The notes under the pieces were generated by a model. The model was not told where the DNA came from. It did no database searches and saw only the letters and a list, made by a program, of their open reading frames with translations. Positions 56,531 to 64,000 of a DNA stretch of 64,000 bases are shown one piece after another (position 1 is the first letter of the stretch; each line of letters starts with the position of its first letter). The DNA comes from Minisyncoccota bacterium (lineage in GTDB: Bacteria > Patescibacteriota > Minisyncoccia > Minisyncoccales > JAQTVQ01). The stretch spans positions 3,510 to 67,509 of the forward strand of contig JAQTVQ010000002.1 in NCBI GenBank assembly GCA_028706715.1, given 5' to 3'. The translations under genes were made by a program, and so were the position numbers.

Positions 56531-57478
56531 ATGGACAAAAAAACCAACGAGAAGCTGTTAATCATTGACGGAAACGCGATAATCCATCGCGCTTATCACG
56601 CGTTGCCTCCTTTGACCAATAAAAAGGGCCGCCCTACGGGTGCGGCTTACGGATTTTTGCTTGCCTTTTTCAAGTCTTTAAATGATTTTAAGCCCGAGTA
56701 TTTGGTTTCTTGCTTTGATTTTCCCGCTCCTAATTTTAGAATGGAAATAAGCAAGGATTATAAGGCAAATCGGCAAAAAGCAGATCCGGAGCTATACGAG
56801 CAGATCCCCCTCGTCAAAAAAATCTTAGAAGCTTTGGGCGTAAAGATCTTTGAAGAAAAAGGATTTGAGGCGGACGATTTGATCGGCGCCGTAGCAAAAA
56901 AATGCATGGGAAAAAATTCTTTGGATAAAATTATTTTAAGCGGAGATCATGACGTTTTACAGCTGGTTGATAAAAACACTTTTGCCTGCCTCCTTAAGCA
57001 GGGGATTAAGGATTCGGCGCTTTTTGACGAAGAATCCGTAAAAGAGAAATATGGCATAGCTCCTTCCCAACTCGTTGATTATAAGGCTTTGAGAGGAGAT
57101 CCGTCGGACAATATTTCCGGAGTGAAAGGAATAGGTCCGAAAACCGCCGCAATGCTTCTTCAAAAATTCCAAAACTTAGAAAATCTTTACGAGGCGATTG
57201 AAAAGAATACGGAATCCGCGGGAGATATAAGCAAGAAAACAAAAGAGATGCTTTTGTCTCAAAAAGAGCAATGTTTTAAAAGCAGAATTCTTTCAAAAAT
57301 TGAAGCAGACACGCCGATTAGCTTCAGCCTTGAAGAATGCAGAAGGCAAGAAGAAAGAGAGGGCGAGGCGGAAGCGCTGGAAAAATTTGAATTTTTTAAC
57401 TTGGCAAAAAGGCTAAGAGAAGAAAAGGCGGAAGAGAAAGAGCGAAAAAGTTTTAAAAAAAATTTGGAATTGTGGTAA
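56531..57478 (+). CDS. Stand-alone 5'-3' exonuclease (PolA N-terminal/FEN domain)
   Basis: IIDG, RAYHA, YKANR, EADD, SGDHD, GDPSDN, GIGPKTA; ends without polymerase domain. Confidence 0.9.
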   Translation: MDKKTNEKLLIIDGNAIIHRAYHALPPLTNKKGRPTGAAYGFLLAFFKSLNDFKPEYLVSCFDFPAPNFRMEISKDYKANRQKADPELYEQIPLVKKILEALGVKIFEEKGFEADDLIGAVAKKCMGKNSLDKIILSGDHDVLQLVDKNTFACLLKQGIKDSALFDEESVKEKYGIAPSQLVDYKALRGDPSDNISGVKGIGPKTAAMLLQKFQNLENLYEAIEKNTESAGDISKKTKEMLLSQKEQCFKSRILSKIEADTPISFSLEECRRQEEREGEAEALEKFEFFNLAKRLREEKAEEKERKSFKKNLELW

Positions 57479-57518
57479 CATAAGATAGGAATTAATTTAT
57501 TTTTAAAGGAAATAAAAA

Positions 57519-58532
57519 ATGAAGTTCAGCTCTTTATATTTAAAAATACTCAGCGGAATAATTTTTTTCTGTTTTTTGATATTCGCGCTGATTTTTTATT
57601 TGATAGTTCTTTATCAAAAAGAAGCTTTTTTTGACTTCGCCAAATCACAGGCTTATTCTTCTTCAATCCATTTACAGACCGTGTTTTCCCAATCCAAAGA
57701 TGTTGCCGATAAAACAAAAGTGCAGGAGCTTGTTTATAGCTTAAGCTCCTCCTATCCAAGCTTGACGAAAATAGATGTCAACCTAATGCAAGAAGGAAAG
57801 CTGATAACATCCGCTTCTTTGGATTTTGAAAAAGTGGGGAAAGAGGCAAATATTGAAAATTATGAAGTTTTCCATAGGGGAAAGGCAGAAACAGAAGAAT
57901 TTTTTTCTTCCGTTTTCAGCAAAGATAAAAGCTTCTTTAAAGTCATTTTACCGGTTAAGCTTTCCGGCGCTATTTACGGCACTTACGAAATAGTCGCTTT
58001 TCCGGACAAATTTTCCAGCTCCTTTGAGATTGTCCAAGGGAAGATAATGCAGACCATGTTGCTTGGGGTGGCTCTTTTAGCTTTGGTTTTGTTTTTGTTT
58101 TTGGACTCCTTGGTCTTAAGGCCCATTAAAAAATTGGAAAAAGGGGTGGATTTTTTCTCCAAGGGGAAATTTGACTATAAGATTGAAGAAAAAGGGCTTG
58201 ACGAATTTAGCGGCTTGGCAAAAAAGCTTAACGAAATGTCAAAAGAGCTTTATAAATCTTATGATTCTTTAGAAGAAGCCATAGATCAAAGGACGAAAGA
58301 ACTGGAAGAAGCAAGGGCGGTTTTGGAGATTAAAGTTTCTGCGAGAACCAGGCAGCTTCAAGAAATGAATAATATGCTGGAAGACCAAGTTAGAGAACAA
58401 ACCAAGGAGCTTCAAAAAAAGATTAAAGAATTGGAAAAATTTAACAAGCTGATGATAGACAGGGAATTGAGAATGGTTGAACTAAAAAAAGAGCTGAAAA
58501 AATTTAAAGACTCTGAAAATAATAAAAGGTAA
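57519..58532 (+). CDS. Membrane sensor with HAMP and coiled-coil tail, no kinase domain
   Basis: Two TM helices, RPIKKL...DEF...LNEM HAMP, tail MIDRELRMVELK. Confidence 0.8.
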   Translation: MKFSSLYLKILSGIIFFCFLIFALIFYLIVLYQKEAFFDFAKSQAYSSSIHLQTVFSQSKDVADKTKVQELVYSLSSSYPSLTKIDVNLMQEGKLITSASLDFEKVGKEANIENYEVFHRGKAETEEFFSSVFSKDKSFFKVILPVKLSGAIYGTYEIVAFPDKFSSSFEIVQGKIMQTMLLGVALLALVLFLFLDSLVLRPIKKLEKGVDFFSKGKFDYKIEEKGLDEFSGLAKKLNEMSKELYKSYDSLEEAIDQRTKELEEARAVLEIKVSARTRQLQEMNNMLEDQVREQTKELQKKIKELEKFNKLMIDRELRMVELKKELKKFKDSENNKR

Positions 58533-58538
58533 ACCAAT

Positions 58539-59738
58539 ATGGAAGAAGAAAAAGATTTAACTTCCAACGAAGACCCCAAAGAAAAAAATCTTCATCAAGA
58601 AACGGAAGGAGAGCTTAGGCATGCCCGCAGCGCTTTGTTGAATATTTTGGACGATACGGAAGCGGCAAGAAAAGTGGCGGTGGAAGAAAGAAACAAAACA
58701 CTGGCTATTATCCAAAACTTTTCTGATGCGATTTTGGTTTTTAACGAAAACAATATTTTGGAGCTGATTAATCCTTTGGCGGAAGAATACCTGGGAGAGA
58801 AAAAAGAAAATTTAATAGGCAAAAAGGCGGAAGATCTTTTGGCTTCTCCCAAAACTAAATTATTTATGGAATTTTTGGAAGTTTCCAAAGGCTCGCCGAT
58901 TAAGCAGGTGTTTAGAAAGGAATTTATGGCGCGGCCTGATTTTTATCTTGAGATTACTTCATTGATGCTGATTATGGATTCCAAAATGAAAGGAACGCTG
59001 TTGGTTTTGCATGATATTACGAGAGAGAAGAATATTGAAAAAATGAAAACGGAATTTGTTTCCATCTCCGCCCATCAGCTTCGCACTCCTCTCTCGGCGA
59101 TAAAATGGACATTAAGAATGATTCTTGACGAGGATGTAGGAGGCATTACTCCCGAACAGAGAGAGGTTCTGCAAAAAAGCTATGCCAGCAACGAAAGAAT
59201 GATAAACCTTGTTAACGACCTTTTGAACGTTACCCGCATAGAAGAAGGCCGCTTTTTGTATAAATTGGAGGCGGCGCAGCTAGAAGACTTGGCCCAAACA
59301 AGCATTGATAACTTGCAGGAGGAAATAAAAAGAAAAGGAGCTTCGGTGGTTCTTGTCAAAGAGAATTTTCCTCTTCCTTCCGTAAAGATAGACAAAGAGA
59401 AAATGAAACTGGTTTTAGATAACCTGATTACCAATGCTTTGAAATACAACAAGAACAAAAGCGGAAAAGTGGAAGTTTTTATGGAAGACAATGAAGGAAA
59501 AGAGATTCGGGTGCAGGTAAAAGACAACGGACTTGGGATCCCTCAAAAGCAGCAATCCAGGATTTTTACAAAATTTTTCAGAGGAGAAAATGTTGTCAGG
59601 CTGGAAGTTGACGGTTCCGGGCTTGGTCTTTATACTACCAAAAATATAATTGAAGCCCACGGAGGAAAGATTTGGTTTGAATCGGAAGAAGGAAAAGGCA
59701 CTTCGTTTTACTTTACCGTCCCCATCAAAAAAGAATAA
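58539..59738 (+). CDS. Soluble PAS histidine kinase
   Basis: AHQLRTPL H-box, NLITNALKY, DNGLGI, GSGLGLY; no TM helix. Confidence 0.93.
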   Translation: MEEEKDLTSNEDPKEKNLHQETEGELRHARSALLNILDDTEAARKVAVEERNKTLAIIQNFSDAILVFNENNILELINPLAEEYLGEKKENLIGKKAEDLLASPKTKLFMEFLEVSKGSPIKQVFRKEFMARPDFYLEITSLMLIMDSKMKGTLLVLHDITREKNIEKMKTEFVSISAHQLRTPLSAIKWTLRMILDEDVGGITPEQREVLQKSYASNERMINLVNDLLNVTRIEEGRFLYKLEAAQLEDLAQTSIDNLQEEIKRKGASVVLVKENFPLPSVKIDKEKMKLVLDNLITNALKYNKNKSGKVEVFMEDNEGKEIRVQVKDNGLGIPQKQQSRIFTKFFRGENVVRLEVDGSGLGLYTTKNIIEAHGGKIWFESEEGKGTSFYFTVPIKKE

Positions 59739-59806
59739 AGATGTGGATAAAAAAGTTGATTTAAAGAATAAAAAAGAAGTAAGATACAATAACAACCTTA
59801 AATTTT

Positions 59807-60178
59807 ATGGCAAAAAAAATTCTGATAATTGAAGATGAAGAAATAATGATGAATCTGCTTGAAAAAAAGCTGAAGGGGGCGGGTTACGACATAACAACAG
59901 CAAAAAACGGCCAAGAAGGATTGGACATATTGCAAACCAAAATTTTTGACTTGATATTGTCAGATATTATTATGCCGAGAATGGGAGGATTGGAGCTGAT
60001 GGAAAAAATAAGCCGCGATACGAGGCTTAAGAATATTCCTATCATTGTTGTTTCCAATTCCGGCCAGCCGGTAGAAATAGATCAGGCTAAAAAATTCGGA
60101 GCAAAAGACTGGCTGGTCAAAACAGAATTTGATCCTCAAGAAGTAATTTTTAAAGTAAAAAGAATTTTAGGGGAATAA
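59807..60178 (+). CDS. Stand-alone receiver domain protein
   Basis: IEDE, LSDIIMP, SN, LVK. Confidence 0.92.
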   Translation: MAKKILIIEDEEIMMNLLEKKLKGAGYDITTAKNGQEGLDILQTKIFDLILSDIIMPRMGGLELMEKISRDTRLKNIPIIVVSNSGQPVEIDQAKKFGAKDWLVKTEFDPQEVIFKVKRILGE

Positions 60179-60222
60179 TCCTTTTTAATCCCAAAAAATA
60201 ATTAATTTTTCCCAACCAAGAT

Positions 60223-60591
60223 ATGCCTCACAAAATTTTACTAGTAGAAGACGATCGTTTTTTAAGGGAGCTTATGAGCCAAAAGATTATAAAGATGGGA
60301 GACGATTTGACTGTCGCCGTTGACGGGGAAGAAGGAGTAGTGAAGGCGAAAGAAGTAAAACCGGAAATTATTTTGCTGGACTTGATGCTTCCCGGGATTG
60401 ACGGATTTGGAGTTCTTTCCCAAATTAAGGCTGATCCGGAGACGGCGGAAATTCCCGTCATTATTCTTTCCAATCTCGGACAAAGAGAAGACATAGACAG
60501 AGCCTTAAAACTTGGAGCTACCGATTTTTTGGTAAAAGCCCATTTCACTCCCCAGGAAATTATTGACAAAATAGACCAATATTTAAAATAA
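60223..60591 (+). CDS. Stand-alone receiver domain protein
   Basis: VEDD, LLDLMLP, SN, LVK. Confidence 0.92.
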   Translation: MPHKILLVEDDRFLRELMSQKIIKMGDDLTVAVDGEEGVVKAKEVKPEIILLDLMLPGIDGFGVLSQIKADPETAEIPVIILSNLGQREDIDRALKLGATDFLVKAHFTPQEIIDKIDQYLK

Positions 60592-60602
60592 CCGATTAAT
60601 TG

Positions 60603-61475
60603 ATGCCGGAGCTTCCAGAAGTGGAAACAATCGTTAGAGATTTAAGATTAAAGGTCCTTCAAAGGACCTTTATTGATATTTGGACCGACGCCGAAAAACT
60701 AATCAAATTTCCTGCTTTTCCTAAATTTAAAAAAGAAATTATCGGGCTAAAGGTAGAAGGCGTCAATCGCAGAGGGAAAAACATCATCTTTGAATTATCA
60801 GAGAGGAGGATCCTTTTGGTTCATTTGAAAATGACAGGGCATTTATTGCTGGGAAAATGGAGAAAGACGGGAGCTCTTTGGAGATCCGAAGTTTCGGGCC
60901 CTATGCAAGACGACCCGACGAACAGATTTCTTCACTTAATTTTTTGGCTTGACAGCGGCCAAATGATTGCCTTGTCCGATATGCGTAAATTTGCCAAAGT
61001 AGAATTGCGGAAGGCAAGCGAATTTTATTCCTCAAAATATTTTAAAGATTTGGGTCCGGAGCCTTTGAGCAAAAGTTTTTCTTCTAAAGAACTTGGAGAA
61101 AGGATCCAAAAAAGAAAAAGGAAGATAAAACAAATTCTTATGGATCAAAGCGTAATAGCCGGAATAGGGAACATCTATGCCGATGAAATTTTATGGCAGG
61201 CGAAAATTAGCCCCTTCAGGCCGGCCGAAAGCCTTTCCTTTTGGGAAGTAGAAGACCTTTGTTCCGCAATGAAAGAAGTGTTAAAAAAGGCTGTCGCAGC
61301 CAAGGGATCCAGCGTATCCGATTACAGGACCCTTTCGGGAGAAAAAGGAAAGTTTCAGGAAATTAGAAAAGTTTATCGCAAAGAAGGAGAAAGATGTCCT
61401 AAATGCGGAGAAAAAATAAAAAGGCAAAAGATAGGGGGAAGGTCGGCGCATTTTTGTCCAAAATGCCAAAAATAG
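60603..61475 (+). CDS. mutM: Formamidopyrimidine-DNA glycosylase
   Basis: MPELPEVE, RRGK, HLKMTG, GIGNIYADE, C4 zinc finger. Confidence 0.97.
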   Translation: MPELPEVETIVRDLRLKVLQRTFIDIWTDAEKLIKFPAFPKFKKEIIGLKVEGVNRRGKNIIFELSERRILLVHLKMTGHLLLGKWRKTGALWRSEVSGPMQDDPTNRFLHLIFWLDSGQMIALSDMRKFAKVELRKASEFYSSKYFKDLGPEPLSKSFSSKELGERIQKRKRKIKQILMDQSVIAGIGNIYADEILWQAKISPFRPAESLSFWEVEDLCSAMKEVLKKAVAAKGSSVSDYRTLSGEKGKFQEIRKVYRKEGERCPKCGEKIKRQKIGGRSAHFCPKCQK

Positions 61476-61505
61476 CGCAAAAATTGATTATAACTTTTAT
61501 TATTT

Positions 61506-62462
61506 ATGATTATTCTTTTATACGGTCCGGATACTTATAGGAGCAAGCAAAAGCTCAAAGAAATTATTGAAGGATACAAAAAAGCCCACAAGAGCGGGTT
61601 AAATTTAAGCATTGTTGAAGGAAAGGACTTGTCTTTTCAAGAGATAAAAAACAAAACGCAGTCCGTTTCAATGTTTAAGGAAAAAAAATTAATTATAATT
61701 AAAAATTCTTTAGGCGGCAATAAAAAATTCAAAGAAGATTTTTTGGCAAACAAAGACAGCTTTTTAAAGACAGAAGACATTTTCGTTTTTTTTGAAGAGG
61801 GAAGCCTCCCCGCCAAAGACGCTTTAGCGGATTTTTTGAAGAAAAAAGCGGCAAAAAGCCAGGAGTTTTCTTTTTTGTCGGGGACTCGCCTTAAGGAATG
61901 GATACGAAAAGAGCTGGAAAAATACCAAGCTTCGGCGGAAGGCCTTGCGGTTGAAAAGCTTGGCGTTGACGTTGGCGGAGATCTTTGGCAAATGTCTAAT
62001 GAGATAAGCAAACTGGCAAGTTTCAAAAAGGGAGAAAAGATAACCGTTGAAGATGTTAATCTGCTTGTGAGGCCGAAAGTTGAAGCGGATATTTTTAAAA
62101 CAGTTGATTTTATCGCAAAAAAAGACAAAAAAAGCGCGCTCCTTTTGGTTAAAAAACATTTGGAGAAAGGGGAGTCTCCTTTCTATATTTTTTCAATGAT
62201 TAATTTTCAGTTTAGAAACTTGCTTATCGTTAAAGCAAAAAGCGAAGAAGAAAAAGAGGCCGTCCAAGGAAATCCTAATTCTTGGGCGAAAGAGCTCGGG
62301 ATGCATCCTTTTGTTTTTAGAAAAGCTCTTTCCCAGTCAAAATACTTTAAAATGGAAGATCTCAAAAAAATTTATCGGAATATTTTTAAAATAGATTTGG
62401 CAACAAAAACCGGAGAGTTGTCTCCGGAGATTGCTTTAGATATTTTTATTGCCCAGCTTTGA
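61506..62462 (+). CDS. holA: DNA polymerase III delta subunit
   Basis: LLYGPD, SMF-x2-KKLIII, NEIxKL, HPFV, DLxxKTG; adjacent to rpsT. Confidence 0.9.
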   Translation: MIILLYGPDTYRSKQKLKEIIEGYKKAHKSGLNLSIVEGKDLSFQEIKNKTQSVSMFKEKKLIIIKNSLGGNKKFKEDFLANKDSFLKTEDIFVFFEEGSLPAKDALADFLKKKAAKSQEFSFLSGTRLKEWIRKELEKYQASAEGLAVEKLGVDVGGDLWQMSNEISKLASFKKGEKITVEDVNLLVRPKVEADIFKTVDFIAKKDKKSALLLVKKHLEKGESPFYIFSMINFQFRNLLIVKAKSEEEKEAVQGNPNSWAKELGMHPFVFRKALSQSKYFKMEDLKKIYRNIFKIDLATKTGELSPEIALDIFIAQL

Positions 62463-62463
62463 T

Positions 62464-62730
62464 CTATTTGCCGGTTTTGGCGACGAACTTTGAAATCCTT
62501 GATTTTCTTCGGCTGGCGTTGTTTTTTTTAATAACCCCGGCTTTTGCCGCTTTATCAAGAGCTTTATAAACTTGAGGAAGAACGGCTTTTAGCTCTTCCG
62601 TCTTTTTTTCGGCAGACAAAACTCTTACTTTTTTTAAAGATTCTTTAATTCTTTTTTTGTATTGCAAATTTCCGATCTTTCTTTTTTCGGACTGGCGGCG
62701 CGCTTTTTTGGCAGATGCTTTAATAGCCAT
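62464..62730 (-). CDS. rpsT: 30S ribosomal protein S20
   Basis: SAKKARRQ, LDKAAK, KNNASRRKSR. Confidence 0.96.
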   Translation of the reverse strand: MAIKASAKKARRQSEKRKIGNLQYKKRIKESLKKVRVLSAEKKTEELKAVLPQVYKALDKAAKAGVIKKNNASRRKSRISKFVAKTGK

Positions 62731-62941
62731 AAGAGAATAAGCTAAAATTTATTTGATTTAACGATTAACTAACGGGGGAATAATAGCATAAAAGCCTAAA
62801 ATAGGCAACCTGTCCGAGGCTTTCCAATCCTCAATTTTCAATGAGCGTCTCAAATTTTGATATCCAAAATCTCGCCGCCGTCAGAAATCGCCGTTGGATC
62901 ATCCAATGTAAATTAGAACTTTTCGTGATATAATATATCCA

Positions 62942-63508
62942 ATGTTTAGCTACATCTCCGGCATTATTACAGATAAAGACGCCCGAAAAGCGGTTTTGGA
63001 AAATCGCGGCATCGGCTTTGAAATTTTTTGCTCGGCTAAAACTCTGGGAAAATTGATCATAGGAAAAGAAGCAAAAATATATGTCTTTTTGAACGTTAGC
63101 GAAAGAGCCTTGGATCTTTACGGCTTTTTGACGAAAACAGAAAAAGACTCTTTTGATGTTCTAAACAATGTTTCCGGAATCGGCCCTAAAATCGCTATGG
63201 GCCTTGCCTCTATCGGCTCAATGGAGAAAATTAAAGAAGATCTGGAAAAAGGAAAAGTTCCTTGCGACGTTAAAGGGCTGGGCCAAAAAAGACTGCAAAA
63301 AATTCTTTTAGAGCTGACAGGAAAGATTAAGGATATTTCCCGGAAAAGCGGAAAAAAATCAGAAGATCAAGACGATGCTCTAAGCGCTTTAATTTCTCTT
63401 GGTTTTCCCAGGCAGGAAGCCAAAGAAGCGTTGTCTTCCTTGCCGTTAGAGATAGAAGGAGCGAAAGAGAGAGTAAAGCAAGCCTTAAAAATATTAGGAG
63501 GAAAATAA
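62942..63508 (+). CDS. ruvA: Holliday junction protein RuvA
   Basis: GIGFEI, LYGF, VSGIGPK, ALISLGF. Confidence 0.95.
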   Translation: MFSYISGIITDKDARKAVLENRGIGFEIFCSAKTLGKLIIGKEAKIYVFLNVSERALDLYGFLTKTEKDSFDVLNNVSGIGPKIAMGLASIGSMEKIKEDLEKGKVPCDVKGLGQKRLQKILLELTGKIKDISRKSGKKSEDQDDALSALISLGFPRQEAKEALSSLPLEIEGAKERVKQALKILGGK

Positions 63509-63533
63509 AAGAACCGGAAGGAAAAATAAGCAA

Positions 63534-64000
63534 ATGACGATTAAAGGCTTAATTAAAAAAGCAGCGCCTAAATTTTTAATAAACTGGTATCATTTCGGGC
63601 TGGCTTTTTTAGGCGCGCTTGTTTATGGCTTCCCTTCCCGCCGGATGGAAGTTATAGGGGTAACCGGAACGAGCGGGAAGTCCACCGTTGTAAAGCTGGC
63701 TTCTGAAATTTACGAGGATGCCGGAATTCCTACGGCTTCAATCTCTTCAATAAGGTTTAGAATTAACGGCGAAGACACTCCGAACCTTTTGAAAATGACG
63801 ATGCCCGGACGATGGCGTATTCAAAAATTTTTAAAAGAAGCGGCAGACAAAGGGTGCAAAACGGCGATTATTGAGGTTACCTCCGAAGGCATCAAACAGC
63901 ACCGCCACAGGTTCATAAAATTTAAAACGGCTGTTTTTAACAATCTTGCGATGGAGCACATTGAATCTCACGGCAGTTTTGAAAAATACCGCAAGGCCAA
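63534..64000 (+). CDS. murE: MurE-like Mur ligase (3' truncated by window edge)
   Basis: Read by hand: IGVTGTSGKST, MTMPG, EVTSEG, HR, FNNL-x2-EH. Confidence 0.88.
   Translation, partial: MTIKGLIKKAAPKFLINWYHFGLAFLGALVYGFPSRRMEVIGVTGTSGKSTVVKLASEIYEDAGIPTASISSIRFRINGEDTPNLLKMTMPGRWRIQKFLKEAADKGCKTAIIEVTSEGIKQHRHRFIKFKTAVFNNLAMEHIESHGSFEKYRKA

Noticed and set aside
1-64000. CRISPR array, rRNA, transposase
   Set aside because: No regularly spaced repeats, rRNA-like tracts or transposase motifs seen.

Overview
Chromosomal window spanning the replication origin (jag-yidC-rnpA-rpmH / dnaA-dnaN) of a bacterium whose gene content (VirB2-like pilins, PrgI/VirB4 locus, stand-alone 5'-3' exonuclease, short PilB, leaderless-type promoters) points to Patescibacteria/CPR, probably Parcubacteria (inference). 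Left to right: (i) a small AT-rich defence islet after tRNA-Ala (controller remnant, m6A methyltransferase, R.PabI-family glycosylase, DUF6922/AbiEii pair); (ii) a ~16 kb lipid cluster, the main finding, combining a FakA-FakB fusion, DegV, PlsY and PlsC with an archaeal-type thiolase, a DUF35-DUF362 fusion, a DUF359 dephospho-CoA kinase, FabG, a FabZ-FabX-like fusion, FabK and a 3-subunit biotin carboxylase, but with no ACP, FabD, FabH, FabF or PlsX, suggesting a CoA-based, ACP-independent fatty-acid building/remodelling route; (iii) tRNA-Arg, pilin, tRNA-Lys, rpsO-pnp, comM, rsmA; (iv) a domesticated T4SS-like locus with modular pilin-cargo proteins; (v) oriC; (vi) PBP, a degenerate TyrRS, ruvC/B/A, an unannotated ~140 nt structured RNA with its own promoter, pilB, a split two-component system, mutM, holA, rpsT and partial murE. 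Several nested palindromic intergenic repeats are present. All calls come from reading motifs by eye; no database searches were run.
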